Part shown: one piece after another, positions 9,859 to 18,938 of the stretch
Position numbering within the stretch: position 1 is the first letter of the stretch
How the letters are laid out: every line of letters begins with the position of its first letter
DNA from: Rhodospirillales bacterium
Lineage (GTDB): Bacteria; Pseudomonadota; Alphaproteobacteria; UBA828
DNA: 64,000 nucleotides
Assembly (NCBI GenBank): GCA_028818565.1
Contig: JAPPNV010000176.1
Span: 6,382 to 70,381, forward strand
Reading direction: 5' to 3'
Notes under the pieces: generated by a model
Database searches by the model: none
Told to the model about the DNA's origin: nothing
Seen by the model: only the letters and a program-made list of their open reading frames with translations
Translations under genes and position numbers: made by a program

Positions 9859-11073
9859 TCAGGCGAAGGCCTGGATGCCGGTCTGCGCCCGGCCGAGGAT
9901 CAGGGCGTGGATGTCGTGGGTGCCCTCGTAGGTGTTGACCGCCTCCAGGTTCATGACGTGGCGGATCACGTGAAACTCGTCGCTGATGCCGTTGCCCCCG
10001 TGCATATCGCGGGCTTCGCGGGCAATTTCGATCGCCTTGCCGCAGGAGTTGCGCTTGATCAGCGAGATCATTTCGGGCGTGGCCCGGCCCTCGTCGAAGA
10101 GCCGGCCGACGCGCAGGCAAGCCTGCAGGCCGATGGCGATCTCGGTCTGCATGTCGGCGAGCTTCTTCTGGATGAGCTGATTGGCCGCGAGCGGCCGGCC
10201 GAACTGGCGGCGGTCCATGGTGTAGTCGCGGGCGGCCCGCCAGCAAAACTCGGCGGCGCCGAGCGCGCCCCAGCCGATGCCGTAGCGGGCCCGGTTGAGG
10301 CAGCGGAAGGGGCCTGCGAGCCCGCTCGCGCCGGGAAGCTCGTTCTCCGCCGGCACGAACACCTCGTCCATCTGGATCATGCCGGTGACGGAGGCGCGGA
10401 GCGAGAACTTGCCCTCGATCTTTGGCGCCGCCAGCCCCTTCATGCCCTTCTCGAGCAGGTAGCCCCGGATCGTGCCCTCGTCGTTCTTGGCCCACACCAG
10501 GAAGACATCGGCGATGGGCGAGTTGGAGATCCAGTTCTTTGCGCCGGAGAGCAGGAATCCGCCGTCGACCGCACGTGCGCGCGTCGTCATGCCGCCGGGG
10601 TCGGAGCCGAAATCGGGCTCGGTGAGCCCGAAGCAGCCGACGGCTTCGCCCGTTGCGAGGCGCGGCAGCCACTGTTGCTTCTGCGCCTCGGTTCCGTAAG
10701 CGTCGATGGGATACATCACCAGGCTGGACTGCACGCTCATCGCGGAGCGATAGCCGGAATCGACCGCCTCCACCTCCCGCGCCGCAAGGCCGTAGCAGAC
10801 ATAGCTGACGCCCGCGCAGCCGTAGTCCTGGATGGTCGAGCCCAGGAGGCCGAGGGCGCCCATTTCGTTCAGGATTTCGCGGTCGAAGCGCTCGTGCCGG
10901 TTCGCCTCGAGTATGCGCGGCATCAGCTTGTCTTGGGCGTAGGCGCGGGTGGTATCGCGTACCAGCCGCTCGTCCTCGTTGAGCTGATCGTCGAGCAGGA
11001 ACGGATCGTCCCACTGAAACGTCGGTTTCGTGCGGGACGGTGCGGCCTTGGCGGCCGCGGCGCTTTGGACCAT
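9859..11073 (-). CDS. gcdH: glutaryl-CoA dehydrogenase
   Basis: Very close match to the GCDH motif pattern ([42 protein letters not shown]). GGAGG RBS before ATG 11073. Stop lies 2 nt before the OtnK start. Confidence 0.9.
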   Translation of the reverse strand: MVQSAAAAKAAPSRTKPTFQWDDPFLLDDQLNEDERLVRDTTRAYAQDKLMPRILEANRHERFDREILNEMGALGLLGSTIQDYGCAGVSYVCYGLAAREVEAVDSGYRSAMSVQSSLVMYPIDAYGTEAQKQQWLPRLATGEAVGCFGLTEPDFGSDPGGMTTRARAVDGGFLLSGAKNWISNSPIADVFLVWAKNDEGTIRGYLLEKGMKGLAAPKIEGKFSLRASVTGMIQMDEVFVPAENELPGASGLAGPFRCLNRARYGIGWGALGAAEFCWRAARDYTMDRRQFGRPLAANQLIQKKLADMQTEIAIGLQACLRVGRLFDEGRATPEMISLIKRNSCGKAIEIAREARDMHGGNGISDEFHVIRHVMNLEAVNTYEGTHDIHALILGRAQTGIQAFA

Positions 11074-11168
11074 GATTCCCTCCTGAACGACGCGTTTTTC
11101 TAGCATTCGGGCATAGGCGCACCAAGCCTGCCCGCACTCGGCGGCGTTGCCGCGAACCGTGGAAGGCT

Positions 11169-12083
11169 TTGTCGATGCCCGCCGCCCGCCCGAGCCCCCT
11201 CCTGATCGGGATGCTGTTCGCTCTCGGCGTCTCCTTCGCGCTGGCGATTTCGCTCAATCGCTTCGCGGCGGACGGCGGCGTGCCCTTCCTGCCCTATGTC
11301 TTCTGGCAGTCGCTGGGCGGCGGCGGCGCGCTTCTGATCCTGGCTGCGGCGCTGCGCCGTTTGCCGCCCATCGACTTCCCACACATACGCATCTTCCTCT
11401 GCACCGGGGCGCTCAATCTCTCGTTTCCCTACATGCTGCTCGCCTATCTCGCGCACAAGGTGCCGGCGAGCCTGCTCACTCTGGGCCTCGCGCTGGTGCC
11501 GGTGATGATCTACGCGCTGGCGTTGACGCTCAGGCAGGAGCGGTTCCACTCGCTGCGCTTCGGCGGCATCCTGCTGGGGCTGGCCGGCATTCTTCTGGTA
11601 CTGGTGCCGCAGGCGAGCCTGCCGGCGCCCGGCATGGCCGGCTGGGTGGCGCTTGGCCTGTTGCCGTCGCTCTCCTACGCGGTCAATGCGGTGCTGATCG
11701 CCCGCTGGCGCCCGAAGCAAACCACCTCGCTGGCGCTCGGCGCAGGCCTGATGCTGGCGTCAGCCGGTTACGTGCTCATCGTGATGGCTGCGACTGGCGA
11801 GTGGTGGGCCTTCGGCGGCACCTTCGGCATCGGCCACTGGGCCACGATTGCCGCGATGGCCAACAACTGTGTGTCGTTCTATCTGGTCTTCGAGGTGATT
11901 CGCCGCGCCGGCCCGGTGATCTTTTCGACCGTCAACTATGTGGCCACGCTGTCGGGCATGGGCTTCGGCATGTGGTTCTTTGGCGATGCGCCGTCAGCCT
12001 ACATCTGGGGCGCGGTGGTGCTGATGTTCGCCGGACTCTTCCTGGTGACCACGACCGGCCGTAAGGAAGGCAACACGGATTAG
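11169..12083 (+). CDS. DMT (EamA-like) family transporter
   Basis: 304 aa with about 10 predicted TM helices and EamA-like repeats. Confidence 0.7.
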   Translation: MSMPAARPSPLLIGMLFALGVSFALAISLNRFAADGGVPFLPYVFWQSLGGGGALLILAAALRRLPPIDFPHIRIFLCTGALNLSFPYMLLAYLAHKVPASLLTLGLALVPVMIYALALTLRQERFHSLRFGGILLGLAGILLVLVPQASLPAPGMAGWVALGLLPSLSYAVNAVLIARWRPKQTTSLALGAGLMLASAGYVLIVMAATGEWWAFGGTFGIGHWATIAAMANNCVSFYLVFEVIRRAGPVIFSTVNYVATLSGMGFGMWFFGDAPSAYIWGAVVLMFAGLFLVTTTGRKEGNTD

Positions 12084-12101
12084 AGGGGGATCCAACGGGC
12101 G

Positions 12102-12596
12102 CTAATGGGAGCCGCCGCCTCCCGTCGACGACGCGGCGCCTTCGGCCGAGGCCATGTCGCTCTCGGAAGTCTCGGTCTTCCGCCGCTTCTGGCCGAGGCC
12201 GATCTGCTTGGCAAACTCCGAGCGCCGCCGCGCGTAATTGGGAGCGACCATGGGGTAATCGGCATCGAGGCCCCATTTGGCCCGGTATTCGTCGGGAGTC
12301 ATGTTGTAGGTCGTGCGCAGATGCCGCTTCAGCATCTTCAGCTCGCGGCCGTCTTCGAGGCAGATTAGATAATCGGGCGTGATCGACTTCTTGATCGGGA
12401 CAGCGGGCTTCGGCGGCGGTGCCGCAGCGGCGGCGGTGCCCGCTTGCGCTTCCGTCAGCGAGGCGTGGACCGTGCGAATGACCTCCGCAAGATCGGACGG
12501 CGCCACTGTATTATTACCGACATATGCCGTGACCACGTCTGCAGTCATGCGTAACAGGTCATCGTCCGAGCCGGGATTTTCAGTCTGATCGCTCAT
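12102..12596 (-). CDS. mucR: MucR/Ros family transcriptional regulator (zinc-finger, H-NS-like silencer)
   Basis: C-terminal CLEDGRELKMLKRHLRTTYNMTPDEYRAKWGL is the Ros/MucR zinc-finger signature. Confidence 0.85.
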   Translation of the reverse strand: MSDQTENPGSDDDLLRMTADVVTAYVGNNTVAPSDLAEVIRTVHASLTEAQAGTAAAAAPPPKPAVPIKKSITPDYLICLEDGRELKMLKRHLRTTYNMTPDEYRAKWGLDADYPMVAPNYARRRSEFAKQIGLGQKRRKTETSESDMASAEGAASSTGGGGSH

Positions 12597-12753
12597 TTCA
12601 ATATCTTTACCATAGGTGACCCGATAGTCATCGCGAGTATATTGAAGATATGCTTGAATATGTCAATCGCGAATCTTCGTTTCTACTCTTGTCTGCTGCA
12701 AGAGGAGAGCCGTTACGCATTCGTCAGCAGCCCACCGCTACGGAGCCTGAGCC

Positions 12754-14157
12754 ATGATGCAAGCGCCCGCAACCCGCGATGCCCCGGCCTTCGAGGCGGT
12801 CTATGCGCTCGTGCGCGAGAATCTCAACCCATGCTCAAACGATATATCGGTAGACCGGCTTATGCAGGTCTTCCGCCGTCTGGCCGACCTCTACGACACC
12901 GATGTCAGCAGTCCGCTGAACATGGGCTACTTCTGCATCGATGCCGATGCGGCCTCGATCGCCGCCATGGACGAGACCAATCGCCGCGGCGCGAACATCG
13001 TGGTCAGGGGCCAGCATCCGGCCTCCGCCGCCTTCGAGCAGTACGCCGTCGACCTGATCATGGAGACCTTCGGGATCGATCCCGAGAGCGGGGCCGGCCA
13101 CTTCACCGCGTGCGGCACCGAGGCCAATCAAACCGCCATGATCGTCGCCCTCACCGATCAGCTTTCGCATCGCAATCCGCGTTGCACCGCCTACGACCGG
13201 ACGCTCTGCACCGACGCGGCCGGGCGCGCGGAGCCTTACGAGTACTGGCGCCACGGCGCGCTGCCGCTCCAGGTGCGGCCGGCGCTCTACGTCTCACCCC
13301 AGACGCACTTCTCCATCGAGAAGAACGCGCGCAACCTGATCGGCACCGCCTCAATTCGCACGGTGCCCGTCGACGGCGACCTGCGCATGGACGTGGGTGC
13401 GCTCGCGGACGCGATGGCGGCAGACGCCGCATCGGGGGCGTTCCTGCCGTTCATGGCCGTCGGCTCAGTCGGCGCGACGCCGTCCGGGATCGTCGATCCG
13501 CTCGCAGAGATCGGCGCGGTGTGCCGTGAGCACGGGGCATGGTTCCACCTCGACGCGCCGTGGGGCGCCATCGCGGCCTTCTCGCCTCGCCTGCGCGAGG
13601 CCTGTCTCGCCGGCCTCGATGCGGCGGACTCGCTCATCTTCGACCCGCACAAGACCCTGGTGCCACTCGGCGCGGGCGGATGCGGCATGTTCCTTTGTCG
13701 CCACCGTGAGGCGGTGGAACGCGCGTTCAACATCTACGACCGGCCGGTGGAGCCGCACGAGTTCTCCTCCCTGTCCCTTCAGGGCTCGCGAGCCAACAGC
13801 GGGCTCCGGGTACTGACCTCGGTTCTCCAGCCGGCGGCGTTAGCACAGAGGATCGAGGGGGAGGCAGCGCTGGGCGACACGCTGCGCGGCCTGCTGCAAG
13901 ACGCCGGGTGGGAGATCGTCAACCGCACGCCGCTGCCGGTTGTCTGCACCGTTCACCCGGCGATGCGGGTCGGTGCCTTCAGCGCGGACGACGCGGTCCA
14001 GCATCTGCGGAACGAAGGCGTGCTGGCCTGGGCCGAGGCGCTCAGGCCGGGCGAACCCGAGGCCGTCCGCCTCGGCATCATCAGCCGCAGGACGACGGAA
14101 GAGTCGCTCCGCTTCGTCGTGGACCGCCTTGCAGCCTTCGCCGCAAAGCGGAGTTAG
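12754..14157 (+). CDS. pyridoxal-phosphate-dependent group II decarboxylase family protein
   Basis: 467 aa with a PLP-lysine context SLIFDPHKTLVPLGAGG and a fold-type I decarboxylase layout. Substrate unknown. Confidence 0.7.
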   Translation: MMQAPATRDAPAFEAVYALVRENLNPCSNDISVDRLMQVFRRLADLYDTDVSSPLNMGYFCIDADAASIAAMDETNRRGANIVVRGQHPASAAFEQYAVDLIMETFGIDPESGAGHFTACGTEANQTAMIVALTDQLSHRNPRCTAYDRTLCTDAAGRAEPYEYWRHGALPLQVRPALYVSPQTHFSIEKNARNLIGTASIRTVPVDGDLRMDVGALADAMAADAASGAFLPFMAVGSVGATPSGIVDPLAEIGAVCREHGAWFHLDAPWGAIAAFSPRLREACLAGLDAADSLIFDPHKTLVPLGAGGCGMFLCRHREAVERAFNIYDRPVEPHEFSSLSLQGSRANSGLRVLTSVLQPAALAQRIEGEAALGDTLRGLLQDAGWEIVNRTPLPVVCTVHPAMRVGAFSADDAVQHLRNEGVLAWAEALRPGEPEAVRLGIISRRTTEESLRFVVDRLAAFAAKRS

Positions 14158-14177
14158 AAGGCGTCCCCACGCGAGCG

Positions 14178-14597
14178 CTACGCGCGCCCCGGCTGCCAGC
14201 CGGGCGCCGCGAGCTCGAAGCCGGCGAACTCGAAGGCCGGCGCCACCGTACAGCCGACCAGAGTCCAGGCACCCTCCGGGCGTGCGCTCTGCCAGGCTCC
14301 GACGGGAACCACGACCTGTGGCCAGGCGCCCTCGCCTACGCCCAACCGATGGCTCGTGGTCTCCAAGCCGTCGAGCGAGAGCTCGAGCCCCAGGGTATCG
14401 CCGGCGTGGTAGTGCCAGATCTCCACCGCGTCGACCCGGTGCCAGGCGGAGGTCTCCCCCGCCCGCAAGAGGTAGTAGATGGAGGTCACGGTGCCGCGGC
14501 CACCGCCTTCCGCGTGCGCGCGAAAGATCTCGCGGTAGTGGCCGCCCTCCGGGTGCGGTGTCAGCCCGTAGCGGGCGATGATCTCGTCGGCATCCAT
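14178..14597 (-). CDS. cupin domain protein
   Basis: 139 aa. GGHYREIF...IYYLL...WHRVDAVEIWHYHAGD matches a small cupin barrel (DUF985-like). Confidence 0.6.
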   Translation of the reverse strand: MDADEIIARYGLTPHPEGGHYREIFRAHAEGGGRGTVTSIYYLLRAGETSAWHRVDAVEIWHYHAGDTLGLELSLDGLETTSHRLGVGEGAWPQVVVPVGAWQSARPEGAWTLVGCTVAPAFEFAGFELAAPGWQPGRA

Positions 14598-14736
14598 CGG
14601 CGGCCTTCCTTCTCCGGGCCAGGCGGCTATGCCCGCCGGGATTCGGCGCCGCCGCCACCTGTACTATACTCACGCCACGGCGGCGCGTACCCTAGCCGGA
14701 CGGCCACCGGATCGGGCTCAGAGGCTGGTGCAGGAC

Positions 14737-15921
14737 ATGCAGCACCGCATGGGCATAAGCATCTTCACAGCGGCAGCAGCGGGGCTTGCCGCGCTGATGC
14801 TCTGGTCTGGGGCTGAAGCGGCGGAAGCGGAAATCCGGAGCTTCTCCTTCGATTGCGAGACGCCGGACGGGCGCATCGTCAAGCCCCTGCACGGCGATAT
14901 CGAAGGCGACACGTACACCGACCTCCCCGCCCAGCGCGCGCAGTGCCTCGGCACCATCGACCGCAAGATCGCGCTCTGCTGGGAGAACACCCGGTTCGCG
15001 ACGGAGGCCGAGAACCGGGAGCTCGCCGACTGTCTGCCCAGGTTCCGCGACCAGGCGCGCGCGTGCGTCGGGCACTTCTCGTTCGAGCGTGCCAAGTGCG
15101 GTACCGAGGACCCGCTCCCGGTCGAGGACGCCGCAGGCGAACAAGAAGACGAGGTCACGCTGGAAACCACGCTGGAGGGACGCCACAGGGTAAAGCCGGT
15201 CGATCGCCTGATGTCGGCGAGAGAGGCGGCCAATATCAGGACGGGCCCGAGCCCCGACTACGACATCGTGGGGACGGTGTTGCCGGGCGACGAGCTGCAC
15301 GTGACCGGCGAGGTCCGGGGGCGAGATTGGCTGCGGGTGGCATACCCACGGAGCGGCGATGAGTCGTACGTCTACGGGCCGCTCCTGAGACTGGTGGCGG
15401 AACGGCCGCGCTCGACGCCAAGCACGCGGGCCGCGCCGGCGGTCGAGACGTCAGCCTCCCGCCAGCCCTCGGGCCCGAGCTGGTCCCTCGCGGAGAACCA
15501 GCCCTGCGAGGTGTGGAACTACGGCAACAGGGACTACGAGCCGCTCACTTGGTCGGGCACCTGCACGGATGGCAAGGCCTCCGGCAGTGGCCGCCTGGTC
15601 TTTCGCAGCGGCGAAGGCGTGTACGACGGCGCCATGCGGGACGGCAGGATGCACGGACGCGGGACCCTGGACTGGGCCAACGGCTTCCGCTACGAGGGCG
15701 AGCTTCGGGACGGCAAGCAGCACGGCCAGGGCACGCTCATCCAGGCCAGCGGCGATCGCTACGTGGGTGGGTGGCGCAGCGGCAGGCCCCACGGTCAGGG
15801 AACTTACACGCAAGCCGACGGCACGACCTTCGAAGGCGCTTGGCGCGACGGTTGCTTTGGAGATCGCGCGAGCCGCTGGGCCTCGATCGGGACGACGGCA
15901 GCCGCCGGCGGCTTCGAGTAG
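14737..15921 (+). CDS. secreted SH3b-domain / MORN-repeat protein
   Basis: Signal peptide MQHRMGISIFTAAAAGLAALMLWSGAEA. SH3b-like block NIRTGPSPDYDIVGTVLPGDELHVTGEVRGRDWLRVAY. At least 4 MORN-type repeats (YDGAMRDGRMHGRGTL / YEGELRDGKQHGQGTL ...). Confidence 0.7.
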   Translation: MQHRMGISIFTAAAAGLAALMLWSGAEAAEAEIRSFSFDCETPDGRIVKPLHGDIEGDTYTDLPAQRAQCLGTIDRKIALCWENTRFATEAENRELADCLPRFRDQARACVGHFSFERAKCGTEDPLPVEDAAGEQEDEVTLETTLEGRHRVKPVDRLMSAREAANIRTGPSPDYDIVGTVLPGDELHVTGEVRGRDWLRVAYPRSGDESYVYGPLLRLVAERPRSTPSTRAAPAVETSASRQPSGPSWSLAENQPCEVWNYGNRDYEPLTWSGTCTDGKASGSGRLVFRSGEGVYDGAMRDGRMHGRGTLDWANGFRYEGELRDGKQHGQGTLIQASGDRYVGGWRSGRPHGQGTYTQADGTTFEGAWRDGCFGDRASRWASIGTTAAAGGFE

Positions 15922-15928
15922 TTCTTGG

Positions 15929-15996
15929 AGTGCGTCCTTCTTTGACGGACGCGCTCCAGGCCGCGACCGCAGGCTGGCTGCCGTGAGCGACAAAAC
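15929..15996 (+). repeat. REP-like intergenic palindromic repeat, copy 1
   Basis: GAGTGCGTCCTTCTTTGACGGACGCGC...GGCTGCCGTGAGCGACAAAA. Copies 2 and 3 are at 30154 and 31768. Confidence 0.7.
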
Positions 15997-15999
15997 GTT

Positions 16000-16680
16000 C
16001 TAGCCGGACGCGGCGACGATAGATAGCCGACCAGACAGCCAGTCGTCGGTGATCTCGGTGTCGGGGACGCCGGCGGCGTCGACGGCGGACAATTCCTTTC
16101 CGGCGAGCCACGCCTTGACCAATGCGTACCCCAGAGAGTAGCCGGTATTCCGAGGCCACTCGGGATCGCCCTTTCGGCCGAACATCCAGGCATCGTGATC
16201 GTAGTCGGTCGCTGACAAGAGCGGGCGGGCGCGCTCCGCCATCCTGTTCATGGTCTCGTCGTCGAGCGCCACCGCGTAGAAAGGCGTGGGCGCGCCAACC
16301 TCCTCCTCGAAGCATTGGGCGAGGCCTTCGCTGACGAAGCGGCCGCCGAGGGTATGGGCCCAGGCTCCGCGGCGCATCCGCATCACATGGTGCATCTCGT
16401 GTGCAAGCATCCCGAGCAGCCGGGTGGGCCGTTCGCGATCACTCATCCGGGGTGAGTTCGGGTCCACCGTAATCGTGACGAGGCCGGGACTCTGCATAAA
16501 TCCATTGAGCCCGAGTTCGGGAATAACGAAGTCGCCGGGGGTCACGACAACGTCAAGCCGCTCCAGTTGGACGCGTTGAGCGATCCGTTCGTTCGCAACG
16601 TCCAGTTCGCGCATGACGTCGCCCTTGAGCGGCGCCGGGATCACGTCCAACGCATCCAACAAGTGGAAACAGACTGTCAT
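16000..16680 (-). CDS. DUF2268-family putative Zn-dependent protease (paralog 1)
   Basis: 226 aa with an HEMHH motif (LAHEMHHVMRMRRG). Paralogous to the upstream gene. Confidence 0.7.
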   Translation of the reverse strand: MTVCFHLLDALDVIPAPLKGDVMRELDVANERIAQRVQLERLDVVVTPGDFVIPELGLNGFMQSPGLVTITVDPNSPRMSDRERPTRLLGMLAHEMHHVMRMRRGAWAHTLGGRFVSEGLAQCFEEEVGAPTPFYAVALDDETMNRMAERARPLLSATDYDHDAWMFGRKGDPEWPRNTGYSLGYALVKAWLAGKELSAVDAAGVPDTEITDDWLSGRLSIVAASG

Positions 16681-16713
16681 GGGCGTTCGCTGCTGCTGGC
16701 ACCCCTAGCCAGA

Positions 16714-17358
16714 CTACCACTCGTCCGTGATCTCGGTGGCCGGGACGCTGGCGGCGTCGATGGCGGACAATTCCCTCCTGGCGAGCCACGCTTTCACGTG
16801 CCTGTACCCCAGGGAGTATCCCGCGTGACGCGGCCACTCGGGATCGCCCATTCGGCCGAACATCCAGGCATCGTGATCGTACTCAGTCGCTGACAAGAGC
16901 GGGCGGGCGCGCTCCGCCATCTTCTTCGCGGTCTCGTCGTCGAGCGCCAGCGCGTAGAAGGGCGTGGGCGCGCCAACCTCCTCCTCGAAGCATTGGGCGA
17001 GGCCCTCGCTGACGAAGCGGGCACCCAGAGTGTAGGTCTCGATGCCGCTTCGAAGCCGCATCACGTGGTGCATTTCGTGCGCAAGGGTGCCCAGAATTCT
17101 GTCCGGCCGCTCAGGATCGTTCAGCCGGGGCGAGCGCGGATCCAACGTGATCGTGATGCGGCCAGGACCATTGGCATAGCCGCAGAGGCCCCACTCTCGT
17201 ATCACCCAGGCTTCGGCCGCCACGACGACATCGAGGCGGTCCATCTGGACGATACGAGCGATACGCTCGCTCGCCGCTCCGAGTTCGCCCATGACGCCGT
17301 CCCTGAGCTGCGCCGGAATTTCGTCCATCGCGTCGAGCAGATGGAATGTGATCGTCAT
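16714..17358 (-). CDS. DUF2268-family putative Zn-dependent protease (paralog 2)
   Basis: Start MTITFHLLDAMDEIP at ATG 17358 with a GGGGGAG RBS. HEMHH motif. About 65% identical to paralog 1, and they share one ~190-nt ~95% identical block. Confidence 0.7.
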   Translation of the reverse strand: MTITFHLLDAMDEIPAQLRDGVMGELGAASERIARIVQMDRLDVVVAAEAWVIREWGLCGYANGPGRITITLDPRSPRLNDPERPDRILGTLAHEMHHVMRLRSGIETYTLGARFVSEGLAQCFEEEVGAPTPFYALALDDETAKKMAERARPLLSATEYDHDAWMFGRMGDPEWPRHAGYSLGYRHVKAWLARRELSAIDAASVPATEITDEW

Positions 17359-17427
17359 GGCTCCCCCAAACGGTGAGGTCGCAGACCTACTGGAAAATTC
17401 GCGGGCGCGCATCCGCGCGAGGGCCAA

Positions 17428-17459
17428 AAAACTGGCGCCGGTGGGTGCCGGCGCCAGTT
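17428..17459. terminator. perfect 13-bp inverted repeat (AAACTGGCGCCGG-TGGGTG-CCGGCGCCAGTTT), terminator-like on the minus strand
   Basis: On the minus strand the stem is followed by TTTTTTGG. It sits in the divergent region between DUF2268 paralog 2 and dinB. Confidence 0.35.
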
Positions 17460-17566
17460 TGAAGACACCCTCCCGGGGTTCCTCCTCAACCGCTTCCAAT
17501 CAGTAGCGAGCGACGGCTGAAGGAGGAAATGCCGTTTGACGCAAATTCTATGCCCTGGCGGGCATC

Positions 17567-18928
17567 ATGTGCGGACAACGCATGTCGGGTCGCTCCACAT
17601 GCCTTCGCACGACGCGGATCGAGTCCTATGATCGCCCCGTGGAGACATTGTGCCGCGACTGCGGCCACCGGCCGCTCGGCCCCGCCGGCCCCTGCCCGGC
17701 CTGCGGGTCTGCGCGCCTCCTGAGCCACGCCGAGCTTCACGATCTCACCATCGCCCATCTCGATTGCGACGCCTTCTACGCCGCGATCGAGAAGCGCGAC
17801 CGCCCGGAGCTCCGCGACCGCCCGGTGATCGTCGGCGGCCGCCACCGGGGCGTGGTCGCCGCCTGCTGCTACATCGCCCGCACCTATGGCGTGCGCTCCG
17901 CCATGCCCATGTTCAAGGCGCTCAAGGCTTGCCCCGACGCCGCGGTCATCAAGCCCGACATGAAGAAGTACACGGGCGTGGGCCGCGAGGTCCGGGCGAT
18001 GATGCAGGAATGCACGCCGCTGGTGGAGCCGCTCTCCATCGACGAGGCGTTCATGGACCTTTCCGGCACCGAGACGCTGCACCACTCAAGCGCGGCCGAG
18101 ACCCTCGCGGCCCTCGCACGCCGCGTGGAGGAAGCGCTCTCGATTACCGTCTCCATCGGCCTCAGCTACAACAAGTTCCTGGCCAAGATCGCCTCCGATC
18201 TCGACAAGCCGCGCGGCTTCGCCGTGATCGGCCGGGCCGAGGCCCGCGCCTTCCTCGCCGACAGGCCGGTTGGGATGTTGTGGGGCGTGGGCGCGGCCAT
18301 GCAGCGCCGCCTTGCCCGCGACGGCATCACGCTGATCGGCGAGCTTGCCCGCCTCGACGAGGCGACGCTCACCGCGCGATACGGCAAGATCGGCAAGCGG
18401 CTCCACATGTGTGCGCGCGGCGAGGACGACCGCCCGGTCAATCCGGAGCGCGAGACCAAGAGCATCTCCTCGGAGATCACGCTGGATGAAGACCTGTCCG
18501 ACCCGGCGACGCTGCTCCCGATCCTCTGGCGCCTCACCGAGACCGTGGCGCGGCGTCTGAAGAAGGCCGAGCTTGCCGGCGGCGGCGTCACGCTCAAGCT
18601 CAAGACCGCCGACTTCCGCATCCTCACCCGCGCCCGCCGCCTCGGCACCGCCACCCAATCGGCGGACGAGATGTTTCGCGCGGCCGAGCCGCTGCTTGCC
18701 CGCGAGGCCGACGGCCGCGCATTCCGCCTCATCGGCATCGGCGCCCATGACCTCGCCCCGGCGGCCGAGGCCGTCCAGGGCGACCTCTTCAGCGGCGCCG
18801 CGCCCGGGGAGGAGAAGATCGACAAGGCGCTGGATGCGGTGCGCGAGAAGTTCGGGGAGGACGCCATCGTCCGGGGCCGCGGCTTCGGCACCAAGCTCGT
18901 GCGCCAGGGCCCCTCCAAGGTGGAGTAG
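17567..18928 (+). CDS. dinB: DNA polymerase IV with an N-terminal CxxC...CxxC extension
   Basis: LDCDAFYAAIEKRDRPELRDRPVIVGG, SIDEAFMDLSG and SIGLSYNKFLAKIAS are Y-family motifs. The ~50-aa N-terminal extension contains CRDCG...CPACGS. An alternative start is at 17582. Confidence 0.9.
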   Translation: MCGQRMSGRSTCLRTTRIESYDRPVETLCRDCGHRPLGPAGPCPACGSARLLSHAELHDLTIAHLDCDAFYAAIEKRDRPELRDRPVIVGGRHRGVVAACCYIARTYGVRSAMPMFKALKACPDAAVIKPDMKKYTGVGREVRAMMQECTPLVEPLSIDEAFMDLSGTETLHHSSAAETLAALARRVEEALSITVSIGLSYNKFLAKIASDLDKPRGFAVIGRAEARAFLADRPVGMLWGVGAAMQRRLARDGITLIGELARLDEATLTARYGKIGKRLHMCARGEDDRPVNPERETKSISSEITLDEDLSDPATLLPILWRLTETVARRLKKAELAGGGVTLKLKTADFRILTRARRLGTATQSADEMFRAAEPLLAREADGRAFRLIGIGAHDLAPAAEAVQGDLFSGAAPGEEKIDKALDAVREKFGEDAIVRGRGFGTKLVRQGPSKVE

Positions 18929-18938
18929 GCGAATACGG

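Noticed and set aside
8558-11257. 899-aa minus-strand ORF in the track
   Set aside because: This is a frame-fusion artefact. Only the C-terminal 433 aa (from MARRGG at 9856) form the OtnK-like kinase. The N-terminal part is Arg/Pro-rich nonsense that overlaps gcdH, which is read in another frame.
17360-17570. LexA (SOS) box upstream of dinB
   Set aside because: No GTTC-N7-GTTC or GAAC-N7-GAAC alphaproteobacterial SOS box is visible. Only the unrelated perfect palindrome at 17428-17459 is present.
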